Shown: positions 8,458 to 18,093 of the stretch, piece by piece | Numbering within the stretch: position 1 is the stretch's first letter | Layout of the letters: each line of letters starts with the position of its first letter | Assembly: GCA_963729895.1 (NCBI GenBank) | Contig: CAVSQB010000012.1 | Coordinates: forward strand, 1-64,000 | Direction: 5' to 3' | From: an uncultured Fibrobacterota bacterium | GTDB lineage: Bacteria; Fibrobacterota; Chitinivibrionia; Chitinivibrionales; FEN-1185 | DNA: 64,000 bases | Position numbers and translations under genes: made by a program | The notes under the pieces: model-generated | Told to the model about the DNA's origin: nothing | Database searches by the model: none | The model's input: the letters and a program-made list of their open reading frames with translations, nothing else

Positions 8458-10977
8458 GTGACCGAATACAAACCCGAGGTTATAGAACCCAAGTGGCAGG
8501 CGCGGTGGCGGGAAGCAAATCTTCACAAAACAGTCTACGATCCTGCCAAACCCAAGTACTACGCACTCGACATGTTTCCCTATCCGTCCGGGTCGGGTTT
8601 GCACGTTGGGCATTGCGAGGGATATACGGCCACGGACATCATCACGCGCTGGAAAAGAATGCAGGGATACAATGTTCTGCATCCCATGGGCTGGGACGCA
8701 TTCGGGCTTCCGGCCGAAAACTACGCCATAAAGACCGGCATTCATCCGCGGATCACAACAGAGAAATCCATAGCAAATTTTCGCAGGCAGATCGATTCCG
8801 TCGGGTTCTGCTACGACTGGGACCGGGAGGTGAACACCACCGACCCGCTCTATTACAGGTGGACGCAATGGATATTTATTCAGCTTTTCAAAAAGGGGCT
8901 CGCCTACGAAGGCGTAATGCCCATAAACTGGTGCCCTTCCTGCAAGACAGGCCTTGCCAATGAAGAAGTGAAAGCCGGATTGTGCGACCGGTGCGGGACC
9001 CAGGTGGAGCGAAAGGCGCTGCGCCAATGGCTTTTACGCATCACGCACTACGCAGACAGGCTGCTCGAAGACCTCAAGGATTTGGACTGGCCGCAGTCCA
9101 CGGTGCTCATGCAGAAGAACTGGATCGGCCGGTCCGAAGGGGCGGAGGTGGTTTTCAAGGTCTGCGGCGGGCCGTCCGACGGCGCGGAGCTGCCCGTGTT
9201 TACGACGCGACCCGACACGCTGTACGGCGCAACCTACATGGTTTTGTCTCCGGAGCACGCCCTTGCGGACGCGCTCACGACGCCCGAACAAAAGCCCGCC
9301 GTCCAGGCTTACCAGGCGGCGGCGCGCAGGAAAAGCGACCTGGAGCGCACCGAACTGTCAAAAGAAAAGACAGGGGTGTTTACGGGCGGGTATGCGGTCA
9401 ATCCCGTAAACGGCGACAAGACGCCCGTGTGGATCGCCGACTACGTGCTGTCAACCTACGGCACGGGCGCGATCATGGCCGTGCCCGCGCACGATGAGCG
9501 CGATTTCGAATTTGCGACGGTATATGGAATTCCGATAGTGGAGGTCGTCCGTCCGGCCGGCGTTGAAACGAGTTTGCCCGCTGCCGCATACGTGGGTGAG
9601 GGCGTCAGCATGAATTCAGGTGATCTCAACGGCCTGCCCACGGCCGCGGCGAAGGAGAAGGTCACCGCGCAACTTGAAGCGCGGGGACTCGGCAGAAAAG
9701 CTGTTTCGTACCGGCTGCGCGACTGGCTGTTTTCCCGCCAGCGCTATTGGGGTGAACCCATTCCGCTGGTCCATTGCCCGAAGTGCGGCACCGTGCCGGT
9801 GCCGGAGGACCGTTTGCCGGTGCTGTTGCCCGAGGTTGACAAATTTGAACCATCCGGCACCGGCGAATCGCCGCTCGCCGCAATCGAATCGTGGGTGGCC
9901 GCTGCGTGCCCCCGCTGCGGCGGCGCGGCGCGGCGCGAAACCAACACCATGCCGCAATGGGCGGGGTCGTGCTGGTACTATCTGCGCTATCTTGATGCGC
10001 ACAATGACAAGGAACCCTGGGCGAAGGCGGAGGAACGGCGCTGGATGAATATCGACCTGTACGTGGGCGGCGCCGAGCACGGAGTTCTGCACCTGCTGTA
10101 CGCGCGGTTCTGGCATAAGGTTCTTTTTGACCTCGGCCTCGTTTCCACCCGGGAACCGTTCAAGAAACTGCGGCACCAGGGAACCGTGCTGGCCCGGACA
10201 TTTGCGGACGCTTCGCAAAAATACCATGAGTTTTCGGAAGTCGAATTCAGGGGCGAACACGCCCATCTGAAATCAACAGGGGAGAAGCTGAAGAGTGAAG
10301 TGGAAAAGATGGCCAAGTCGAAGCTCAACGGCATCAACCCCGACGACGTGATACGGCAGTACGGCGCGGACACGCTGCGGCTGTACGAAATGTTCATGGG
10401 CGATTTCGAATCGCCCAAGCCGTGGGACCCGCGCGCCATAGAAGGATGCCACCGTTTCCTGCGCCGTATCTTCCGGCTCGTTGACGAATTCGACCAGGCA
10501 AAGGCCCCGCAGAACGACCCGCACCTGCGCCTGCGCCACCGGACCATCAAGCAGGTGAACGCTGATATTGACAAAATGCAATTCAACACGGCCGTCGCCC
10601 GGCTCATGGAATTTCTCAACGAACTCTCGTCCGAGGGAGCGACGGCCGAGGACCTCAGGGTGCTCGTTCTGCTGCTCGGTCCCTATGCGCCGCATTTCTG
10701 CGACGAGGCGTGGGAAATGCTGGGGAACAAGGGGTTTGTTCTCAGCCAGACGTGGCCCGCCTACGATGAAGCGCTTACGGTTGACACTACGGTTACGGTG
10801 GTGGTGCAGGTGAACGGCAAGCTGCGGGGAGAGTTTTCCGCGGCGGCCGGAGCAACGCAGGACCGGTTGAAGGAGTTGGCTCTGTCGGTTGACAAGGTAA
10901 AACCGCATATTGAAGGGAAAACGGTGAGGAAGGTGATTGTGGTGCCGGGGAAGCTGGTGAATATTGTGGTTGGATAG
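8458..10977 (+). CDS. leuS: Leucyl-tRNA synthetase
   Basis: MFPYPSG, HVGH, FTTRPDT, YGTGAIMAVPAHDERD, SRQRYWGEP, KMAKS, VQVNGKLR; GTG start after AAGGAG. Confidence 0.98.
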   Translation: MTEYKPEVIEPKWQARWREANLHKTVYDPAKPKYYALDMFPYPSGSGLHVGHCEGYTATDIITRWKRMQGYNVLHPMGWDAFGLPAENYAIKTGIHPRITTEKSIANFRRQIDSVGFCYDWDREVNTTDPLYYRWTQWIFIQLFKKGLAYEGVMPINWCPSCKTGLANEEVKAGLCDRCGTQVERKALRQWLLRITHYADRLLEDLKDLDWPQSTVLMQKNWIGRSEGAEVVFKVCGGPSDGAELPVFTTRPDTLYGATYMVLSPEHALADALTTPEQKPAVQAYQAAARRKSDLERTELSKEKTGVFTGGYAVNPVNGDKTPVWIADYVLSTYGTGAIMAVPAHDERDFEFATVYGIPIVEVVRPAGVETSLPAAAYVGEGVSMNSGDLNGLPTAAAKEKVTAQLEARGLGRKAVSYRLRDWLFSRQRYWGEPIPLVHCPKCGTVPVPEDRLPVLLPEVDKFEPSGTGESPLAAIESWVAAACPRCGGAARRETNTMPQWAGSCWYYLRYLDAHNDKEPWAKAEERRWMNIDLYVGGAEHGVLHLLYARFWHKVLFDLGLVSTREPFKKLRHQGTVLARTFADASQKYHEFSEVEFRGEHAHLKSTGEKLKSEVEKMAKSKLNGINPDDVIRQYGADTLRLYEMFMGDFESPKPWDPRAIEGCHRFLRRIFRLVDEFDQAKAPQNDPHLRLRHRTIKQVNADIDKMQFNTAVARLMEFLNELSSEGATAEDLRVLVLLLGPYAPHFCDEAWEMLGNKGFVLSQTWPAYDEALTVDTTVTVVVQVNGKLRGEFSAAAGATQDRLKELALSVDKVKPHIEGKTVRKVIVVPGKLVNIVVG

Positions 10978-11009
10978 CATTTTCTTTCCGGCTGGCCATT
11001 GAAGTCTAA

Positions 11010-11052
11010 TAGTTCACAGACTCCTCGGCTATGCCGAGGGGTCTGTGAACTA
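11010..11052. repeat. Long hairpin downstream of leuS (terminator or IS200/605-type end hairpin)
   Basis: TAGTTCACAGACTCCTCGGC-tat-GCCGAGGGGTCTGTGAACTA. Confidence 0.65.
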
Positions 11053-11101
11053 ATCTTTTGCTGTTCAACACGTAAACTCTTGCATTTGTGTATCCTTATG
11101 G

Positions 11102-11195
11102 CCTCATCCCCCGTCCCCTTCTCCCACAAGGAGAAGGGGCGTCAGATGAATGTTCTGTCAAGCCCCTCTCCTTCGGGAGAGGGGATGGGGTGAGG
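11102..11195. repeat. REP-like doublet (CCTCATCCCC..CTCTCC..GGAGAGGGG..GGGGTGAGG family)
   Basis: Two inverted half-units. Single units recur at 14959-14990 and 18751-18784. Confidence 0.7.
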
Positions 11196-11282
11196 TTAAA
11201 GGAAACAAGCATTGTCACGTGGCACCTTTCAAGGGTGCTCAATAAACTATCCGCTATGCGGGTAGATGCTTCACTTTTGAAA

Positions 11283-11906
11283 ATGGAAATGAACGAAATA
11301 ATAGTCGCAACCGGCAACATGGGCAAACTCCGGGAAATCAGACAAGTGTTTTCCGGCTTGCCGTTCAATCTGACCGCGCTCAAAGATCATTGGAATCCCG
11401 TTCCGTCAATTCCTGAAACCGGAGAAACGTTCCTCGAAAATGCCCGGGCCAAGGCGCGCTGGGTATTCGACAAGAAGCGATTGTGGGCGCTTGCCGATGA
11501 TTCCGGGCTGGAAGTCGATTTTCTCGGCGGATTGCCCGGCGTGCGCAGCGCCCGGTACGCGGGCGAACACGCAACCGACAAGGAGAATCTGGACAAACTT
11601 CTTGCGGCGCTCGCAGATTGCGCGGCCTCCGGACGAGGGGCGAGGTTCAGATGCGCGGTGGTGCTTAAGGTTTCCGATTCGGATGAAGTTGCTGCGGAGG
11701 GGGTTTGCGAAGGGAGAATAGGGTTTGCGCCCGCGGGCAGCGACGGTTTCGGCTACGATCCGGTGTTCGTTCCCGCGGGATTCGAAAAAACGTTTGCGCA
11801 ACTCGACGCGCCGACGAAAAACGCCGTCAGTCACAGGGGGAAAGCGCTTGCCGCGCTTCGGAGAAGCCTGGATGAACGATTTGGAAAACATGGGGTCGCC
11901 TGCTAG
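11283..11906 (+). CDS. rdgB: Non-canonical purine NTP pyrophosphatase (RdgB/HAM1)
   Basis: ATGNMGKLRE, ETGETFLENA, ADDSGL, PGVRSARYA, GFGYDP, SHRGKA. Confidence 0.95.
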   Translation: MEMNEIIVATGNMGKLREIRQVFSGLPFNLTALKDHWNPVPSIPETGETFLENARAKARWVFDKKRLWALADDSGLEVDFLGGLPGVRSARYAGEHATDKENLDKLLAALADCAASGRGARFRCAVVLKVSDSDEVAAEGVCEGRIGFAPAGSDGFGYDPVFVPAGFEKTFAQLDAPTKNAVSHRGKALAALRRSLDERFGKHGVAC

Positions 11907-13404
11907 CACGGCGATCCTGGTTATCGGCGGGGAGAAAAGCGCCGCCGATCAACTCGCGGAGATGCTTCGCGTCCAGGCATACGCGGTGAGCGTATGTGCG
12001 GGCAGGAAAGAAGCTCTCGATGTTGTGCGGGACCACGGCGCAGACCTGGTGTTTCTTGCCGCGACGGCGCCCGGAGAAGACGACGCCGAGACCGCGCGGC
12101 AATTGAGGGACGCATGCGGCACGACTCATTTCGTTCCTGTTATTTTGGTGGGCGCCTCCGGCCAAACTCAGGACAATGCGGCGGGCCTCGGGTACGCCGA
12201 CGATTTCATCACCACGCCGCTGTGTCGGGACGAAGTGCTCGGCCGCATCAGGGTCATGCTTCGGATGCGGCTTATCCACCGCGAGCTGGTTGAATCGAAA
12301 AGCAGCTATGAATTTCTCTACGAGAATTCCCCTTACCTGTATGTCGTCATTGATGCGAACAGGATCGTTTCCGACTGCAACGCCCGGTTTTGCTCTATGG
12401 TCGGCCTTGGCAAGTCGGAGGTGACGGGCGCGGGCTTTCTGTCGTTCTTTTTGGCGGAAGATCACAAGATGATCACCTCGTTTCTGGATTTGTTTGCGCA
12501 AGGGAGCCTGCCCCCGTCACGCCCTATGGTTACGGGTATTGCCAGGAAGGGGGAGCGCGAGGCGGTATACCTGAGCTTGAGCGCTATGAGCATGGGTGGC
12601 GGAGGTTTAGAGGGGTCATTCATGATAACCATGCAAGATGTGACGCACAATGTGAGGCTCGAACGGGAACAAAGACTGGCGCGTTCCCAACTCTACCGTT
12701 CGGCCCGGCTCGCATCCATCGGGACGTTTGCATCCGGCGTTGCGCACGAGCTCAACAACCCGCTTACGGCCATTCTCGGGTTTTCCGGCGCGATCCTGGA
12801 ACGGGCAAAGAAAGAAGAGGACATAGACAAAGATGAGCTCGCGCAGTACCTGTCGATCATCAATGCGGAGGCGCTCAGGTGCCGCGACACCGTGGAAAAC
12901 CTGTCGAGGTTTGCGCGCGAAGGGGACGTGCAGATTCGCGATTTTTTTCTTGCGGAATGCGTCGAGGGGGCACTGCGACTTGTGAAGTCCGCTGCGGCGA
13001 AGAAGCGGGTCACGATAAGTGAATCCATTCCGCGGGGAACCCGCGTAAGAGCCGATCTTCAGAAACTGCAGCAGGCCGCCGTGTACATTCTCACGAATTC
13101 TCTCGATTTTTGTTCGGGTGGAAACTCGGTGGCCATTTCCGCGGAGAACGACGGGCGGTTCGTTCGGATGAGCATCTCGGACAACGGCCCCGGCATTCCT
13201 CAGGACGTGCTGCCGAAGGTGTTCGACCCCTTCTTTACAACGAAAGAAGTGGGTCAGGGCATGGGACTTGGGCTTGCCATGAGCCACGTCATTATGGAGG
13301 AATGTAACGGCGCCATAGATATCTCAAGCGAAGTGGGAAAAGGCACGGTCGTGTCCCTTGACATTCCGTCAGGCCGGTCCGGGCCTGTCGGTGGTGCGGC
13401 ATAG
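11872..13404 (+). CDS. Sensor histidine kinase: degenerate REC, PAS, HisKA, HATPase
   Basis: AHELNNPL H-box, DNGPGI, FDPFFTTKEVGQGMGLGL. The N-terminal REC-like region lacks the conserved Asp residues. Confidence 0.9.
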   Translation: MNDLENMGSPASTAILVIGGEKSAADQLAEMLRVQAYAVSVCAGRKEALDVVRDHGADLVFLAATAPGEDDAETARQLRDACGTTHFVPVILVGASGQTQDNAAGLGYADDFITTPLCRDEVLGRIRVMLRMRLIHRELVESKSSYEFLYENSPYLYVVIDANRIVSDCNARFCSMVGLGKSEVTGAGFLSFFLAEDHKMITSFLDLFAQGSLPPSRPMVTGIARKGEREAVYLSLSAMSMGGGGLEGSFMITMQDVTHNVRLEREQRLARSQLYRSARLASIGTFASGVAHELNNPLTAILGFSGAILERAKKEEDIDKDELAQYLSIINAEALRCRDTVENLSRFAREGDVQIRDFFLAECVEGALRLVKSAAAKKRVTISESIPRGTRVRADLQKLQQAAVYILTNSLDFCSGGNSVAISAENDGRFVRMSISDNGPGIPQDVLPKVFDPFFTTKEVGQGMGLGLAMSHVIMEECNGAIDISSEVGKGTVVSLDIPSGRSGPVGGAA

Positions 13405-13421
13405 AGAGGAAGTCGAAGCCC

Positions 13422-14792
13422 ATGGCCAGGAAAGGGAAGCTGCTTGTGGTGGATGACGAGGCGAACCTGCGGCTGCTCCTCGGCAACGAATTGACGCGCG
13501 CCGGGTATGCGGTCGACGTCGCGTCCGGCGGCGAAGAGGCCCTCAACCGGGTGCGGGAGGATTTCTACCATGTGATGTTGCTGGATATCGTGATGCCGGT
13601 GATCGACGGCATTTCGGTACTGCGCACGATACGGGCGGAAAACATCACGAGCGAAGTGATCGTTCTCACGGGAAACGCCACGCTCGAAAGCGCCATCGAA
13701 TGCATGAAACTGGGCGCTTTTGAATATGTCAAGAAACCGTACCAGCTCAACGAACTCCTTATCCAGGTCGACCGAGCCATCGAGCACCGGCGCACGCAGG
13801 TAGACCGGCGGATGCTCCGGGAGGAGATGCGGAAAACGGCCTATGGCGGGGCAATCATCGGTGCAAGCAGGGAGATAGACGATCTCCGCACGATCATTTC
13901 GCGCGTGGCGCCAACCCAGTCGAACGTGCTGATCCTCGGCGAAAGCGGCACCGGCAAAGAACTTGTGGCGCGTGCCATCCACGAACAGAGCCAGAACGCC
14001 GATAAGCAGTTCGTGGCGGTGAGCTGCGCGTCGTTCCCGGAAAACCTTCTGGAAAGCGAGCTGTTCGGCCACGAAAAGGGCGCATTTACAGACGCGAAGA
14101 CCCAAAAGCGCGGGCTAGCTGAAATTGCGGACGGCGGAACGTTGTTTCTCGACGAAATAGGCGAACTGCCGCTGGCGTTCCAGTCCAAGCTGCTTCGTTT
14201 TCTGGAAACGGGGGAAATCCGGCGCGTGGGCGGGACAAAAGACATAAGCCTCAACGTAAGAATATTGTGCGCCACCAACGGGAACCTGGAACGGCTTGTG
14301 GAGCAGCGGCTGTTCCGCGACGACCTGTACTACCGGCTCAACGTGCTCTCCATAACGGTCCCGCCGCTTCGGGAGCACAAAGGCGACATTGTTTTGCTTG
14401 TGGAGAACGTGATCCGGTCCCAGGGATTCCAGAGCCGCTTTGACGCGCCTGCGCTCGAGGTGCTTAATAATTACGACTGGCCTGGAAACATCCGCGAGCT
14501 CAAGAACGTGGTGGAGCGCACCTGCATCCTGTACCCGGGCCGCGCCATCACGCCCGCCGACGTGTCGTTTCTCAGGGTCCGGGCAAAGCCCGAAGAAAAG
14601 GGCCGCGATGCGGCGCCGGCGACCGGCGACGCATCCATGGCGCCGCTTTCCGATATCGAGCGCCGGCATATCATCAGCGTGCTCAAGCATGTGCAGGGAC
14701 ACAAGGGAAAAGCGGCAAAGATCCTGGAAATCAACCCCAAGACGCTGTACAGGAAGATAAAGGAATACAATATCGTGCCGGTATACGAATGA
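13422..14792 (+). CDS. Sigma-54-dependent NtrC/AtoC-family response regulator
   Basis: LVVDDE REC, GESGTGKE, ESELFGHEKGAFTDA, LFLDEI, WPGNIREL, Fis-type HTH. Confidence 0.95.
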   Translation: MARKGKLLVVDDEANLRLLLGNELTRAGYAVDVASGGEEALNRVREDFYHVMLLDIVMPVIDGISVLRTIRAENITSEVIVLTGNATLESAIECMKLGAFEYVKKPYQLNELLIQVDRAIEHRRTQVDRRMLREEMRKTAYGGAIIGASREIDDLRTIISRVAPTQSNVLILGESGTGKELVARAIHEQSQNADKQFVAVSCASFPENLLESELFGHEKGAFTDAKTQKRGLAEIADGGTLFLDEIGELPLAFQSKLLRFLETGEIRRVGGTKDISLNVRILCATNGNLERLVEQRLFRDDLYYRLNVLSITVPPLREHKGDIVLLVENVIRSQGFQSRFDAPALEVLNNYDWPGNIRELKNVVERTCILYPGRAITPADVSFLRVRAKPEEKGRDAAPATGDASMAPLSDIERRHIISVLKHVQGHKGKAAKILEINPKTLYRKIKEYNIVPVYE

Positions 14793-14958
14793 ATAAGTTT
14801 AAGAGTTGAAAAGTTGAATTGTTGAAGAGTTAGAATTGCGCTTTGCTTGATTTCAGGCAAGAAATACGAACAAAAAATTTAGAAAGAATATCTGGATGGC
14901 TGAGCCGGGTGACCCCCCCCCCCCCCCGAGAAAGTTTATTTGCGAGAATCATAGGAAA

Positions 14959-14990
14959 CCCTCACCCCGCCCTCTCCCGAAGGGCGAGGG
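14959..14990 (+). repeat. REP-like unit
   Basis: CCCTCACCCCGCCCTCTCCCGAAGGGCGAGGG; same family as 11102-11195. Confidence 0.65.
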
Positions 14991-15015
14991 AGAAAATATT
15001 GAACGAAGATTTTAT

Positions 15016-15201
15016 AGGCACCCAGCAAGTGCAGTTGGACGGAGCCCAACAGCACTTGCTGGAAGGCAACAGGTTGTCATCGCTGCAATCGTTCAATACC
15101 CACCACTCCGGTTCTCAACTGTCCAGCCGCTCTCCAAGGGTGCCCCCAGCAGGTGATTGGATGTTATCAAGGGAGGTGCCTGGGCGCACCCGGCACGGCT
15201 A
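15016..15201 (-). ncRNA. Putative structured non-coding RNA (possible orphan IS110/IS1111 non-coding end)
   Basis: Closing stem AGGCACC (15016-22)/GGTGCCT (15175-81), 11-bp stem 15022-32/15052-62, no credible ORF. Family assignment is by recalled resemblance only. Confidence 0.4.
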
Positions 15202-15256
15202 TCCATGTGCATTTCTTACTTTTTCGCATTAGAGAGCAGGGGATTGCTTTATCGTT

Positions 15257-15862
15257 TTACGTTCGCTTTAAATGCCTTGACACAAAGTAGAAGACGCCGC
15301 CCAGCAGAATGAGCACCACCGCGATGTCCACAAGGTGGCTGTATTTCATTACCGCTTCCCAGTTCTGCTTGAGAAAAAGGCCGCAGAAAGCAAGAAACGC
15401 GTTCCAGAGGCCGGCGCCCACGACGGTGTAGATGAAGAAGGTGACGGGGTTCATCCTTCCGGTCCCTGCCGGAATGGAGATCAGGTGGCGAACCACGGGA
15501 ACAAACCGGCACAGCAGTATCGTGATGGAACCGTGTTTCCTGAAAAACGATTCCGTAACGTCGAGATCGTGCCGGTTGAGCAGCAGGTACTTGCCCCATC
15601 GATTGACAAAAGGCGTTCCTCCACATCTGCCGATCCAATACGAAACATGTGATCCGACAAGACTCCCCAGCGTCGATGCGACGATTATTCCCGTCATGCC
15701 GAACCGGCCCGTGGCAGCCAGAAACCCGGCAAAGGGCATTACCGCTTCGCTGGGTACCGGAAGAACCATGCTCTCCATTGTCATGAGGACGAATACACCG
15801 GTGTATCCGGACGCGTCAATGAGTCTGGTTGCGTACTCGGCTATAAAGGCGGTAATGCTCAT
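15257..15862 (-). CDS. DedA-family membrane protein
   Basis: MESMVLPVPSEAVMPFAG, CRFVPVVRHLISIPAG. Confidence 0.93.
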   Translation of the reverse strand: MSITAFIAEYATRLIDASGYTGVFVLMTMESMVLPVPSEAVMPFAGFLAATGRFGMTGIIVASTLGSLVGSHVSYWIGRCGGTPFVNRWGKYLLLNRHDLDVTESFFRKHGSITILLCRFVPVVRHLISIPAGTGRMNPVTFFIYTVVGAGLWNAFLAFCGLFLKQNWEAVMKYSHLVDIAVVLILLGGVFYFVSRHLKRT

Positions 15863-15898
15863 AGGAAATTCACCGAAAAGGGAAATGGTGAGGCATGG

Positions 15899-16564
15899 TT
15901 ATTTCTTGTCCGGATCGCTCCAGCCCTTTTCGCCGATCAGCGGCACGAACACGACGCTTCCCGCAAGGGATTTTCGGACCCCGTCGGGCCGTTTTTCATA
16001 CAATTCGAGGTCTTGAACAGACCTGTCTCCGGCCGGGATGATCATCCTTCCGTCCGGCGCCAGCTGGTCGATGAGTTCCTGCGGGACAACGGGCGCGCCC
16101 GCGGTCACGATGATGCGGTCGAAGGGCGCGTGCTGCGCCCACCCGCGCGTGCCGTCGCCCACCTTGAACACGATGTTCTCGTATCCCATGTCCCGAAGGC
16201 GTTTGAGGGCACGCGTGCCAAGGTCCCGGTTGCGTTCTACGGTGTAAACGCGGCGGGAGAACCGGGCAAGAATCGCGGTCTGGAACCCGGAACCGGTTCC
16301 GATCTCAAGGATTTTCTGGTCCCTGCCGAGCTGCAGGATCTGCGTCATGAGCGCCACGACATAGGGCTGTGAAATGGTCTGGCCGCTTCCGATGGGAAGG
16401 GCATTGTCGTCGTACGCCTGGGAATAGAGCATTCTATCAACAAAAAGATGCCGGGGAACCTTGCGGAATGCGTCGAGAACGTTTTCGTCGGAAATGCCTT
16501 TTTCGCGCATTTTCCTGATGAGCCGTTCGCTCGCGATTTCCGGCCTGAGCGTTTGTAATGTCAC
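15899..16564 (-). CDS. pcm: Protein-L-isoaspartate O-methyltransferase
   Basis: VPRHLFV, GQTISQP, LEIGTGSGFQTA, APFDRIIVTA, FVPLIG. The GTG start overlaps the upstream stop (GTGA). Confidence 0.95.
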   Translation of the reverse strand: MTLQTLRPEIASERLIRKMREKGISDENVLDAFRKVPRHLFVDRMLYSQAYDDNALPIGSGQTISQPYVVALMTQILQLGRDQKILEIGTGSGFQTAILARFSRRVYTVERNRDLGTRALKRLRDMGYENIVFKVGDGTRGWAQHAPFDRIIVTAGAPVVPQELIDQLAPDGRMIIPAGDRSVQDLELYEKRPDGVRKSLAGSVVFVPLIGEKGWSDPDKK

Positions 16565-17280
16565 TGGTTGTGATGCCGCAGTTCTAGAAAAACAGTAATC
16601 ACCGCCCTCAGCCAGCGTGCCGTGTCCGCAACATGGGAAATGTGGCTTTGGGTAGAGAAATATAATGTTTGCACGTCTATGAAATCGACCGAGAATCCCA
16701 GGCTGCACGCGCGCATAAGCAGTTCCGATTCCATTTCGAACCTCTCGAACCTGCAGGGTGCCGCGGAGAGCAGGCGCGCGGAATATGCCCTGAACCCGCA
16801 TTGACTATCAAGAATGCGCCTTCCCGTGAGCAGCGAAAGAACCAGCGAGGTGAGCGTATTTGAAACGATGCGCGCCGGGGGCATCTTCCCCGGCCGGGCT
16901 TCGCGCCGTCCTGCAATGATTCCCGCGCCGGGTGTCGCGGCGATCGCCTCAAGAAAGCGCGGGAGGTCTTCTACCGCATGCTGGCCGTCGGCGTCCATGG
17001 TCACTATCCACAGCGCTCTTTTTTCCGCAACGAGGTATGCAAACCCCTTTGCAAGAACGGCGCCTTTGCCCTTATTTACAAGATGGGAGATATACAGAGT
17101 GTTAAAACCGCTGCACACCTCGCGGGTGCCGTCGGCCGAGCCGTCGTCCGCGACGCACACCTGTGAACCGGGAACCGTGGCAAGGAGTTGGGGAAGCAGC
17201 CGTTTGAGCGACAGTGCCGCATTGTACGCCGGTATCAAAACAAAGACCTCGGGCGGCCACCCTGCCGGCTGCGGCGTCAT
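16561..17280 (-). CDS. Glycosyltransferase family 2
   Basis: LIPAYN, DDGSADGT, NKGKG, MDADGQH, DSQCGFR. Confidence 0.92.
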   Translation of the reverse strand: MTPQPAGWPPEVFVLIPAYNAALSLKRLLPQLLATVPGSQVCVADDGSADGTREVCSGFNTLYISHLVNKGKGAVLAKGFAYLVAEKRALWIVTMDADGQHAVEDLPRFLEAIAATPGAGIIAGRREARPGKMPPARIVSNTLTSLVLSLLTGRRILDSQCGFRAYSARLLSAAPCRFERFEMESELLMRACSLGFSVDFIDVQTLYFSTQSHISHVADTARWLRAVITVFLELRHHNQ

Positions 17281-17924
17281 GGAACCAGCGCCGCCTGTAA
17301 TTGCTGCATGAACAGCTCCACGCGATTGTCTCCCTCGCCGGCGCGCGCGGGGCGCAAGGGATCCTTGAAATCAACGCTGATATGTGTAAAGGGCTTGGGA
17401 ATGACGAAGCGGTCCCACGAATTAAGGCGCCAGGCCCTGCGCGGTCTGGCGATCACGGGCACAACAGGCGCATTGGACAGGAGAGCGATCATCGCAGCCC
17501 CCGGCTTTACCTGTTCGCGCGGACCCCGCGGGCCGTCGGGAATGATGACCACGTTTCGCCCGCGCGCAAGGGCGCGCATGCACTGGCGGACCACCGCAAC
17601 CTGGCCGCGGGTCGAGGATCCCCGAATGGTGTCGTGGTTCCATCGCTGTGCAACGGCGGTGGCTCGGTCGCCGTCTTTGCTCGCAGAGACCACCGCGGTG
17701 ACGCCCGCACCCCGGAAGATGTATGCCAGAGGAAGAATGTGGGAATGCCAGAAGCAGAAGATCACGCCCTTGTCACGGTCCCGAAACGGGTTTATCTCCG
17801 GGGTACCCGTAATGGAGTACCGCCAGGTCCTGCCGAGGATCGATCCCAATAACCACGCGGATCCGCTCACCAGGTCGAGTGGAAGGATACCGTTTGCGTC
17901 GGGGCCGTGTCGGGATGATTGCAT
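17277..17924 (-). CDS. DUF374 / lysophospholipid acyltransferase-family protein
   Basis: FWH, VSASKDG, RGSSTRG, PDGPRGP, SWDRFVIPKPF. Confidence 0.88.
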   Translation of the reverse strand: MQSSRHGPDANGILPLDLVSGSAWLLGSILGRTWRYSITGTPEINPFRDRDKGVIFCFWHSHILPLAYIFRGAGVTAVVSASKDGDRATAVAQRWNHDTIRGSSTRGQVAVVRQCMRALARGRNVVIIPDGPRGPREQVKPGAAMIALLSNAPVVPVIARPRRAWRLNSWDRFVIPKPFTHISVDFKDPLRPARAGEGDNRVELFMQQLQAALVP

Positions 17925-18093
17925 AAAGCAAGAAAGTAATATAAATCATGTCCCTTGTAATTCTTGCGGTGATTTTTTAGTTTATAAGGGATGCGGGCAT
18001 GCACTTCGACGCGCGGCACTTCGCTGTTGCCGAGAAAGATATGGCAATTTCGGAAAGACCGAGGCTATAATTAGTATGAGGAACCGTATGGGA

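Noticed and set aside
14796..14835. Possible CRISPR array
   Set aside because: The units are 8 bp with no spacers; no cas genes or repeat-spacer arrays are visible in the window.
14843..15232. 129-aa and 86-aa ORFs in the convergent spacer
   Set aside because: They are translations of a poly-C tract, a REP unit and the hairpin element, with no protein-like character.
17188..18075. N-terminal part of the 462-aa ORF 17188-18576
   Set aside because: It overlaps the real minus-strand DUF374 and GT2 genes; only the 3' lipoprotein part looks coding.
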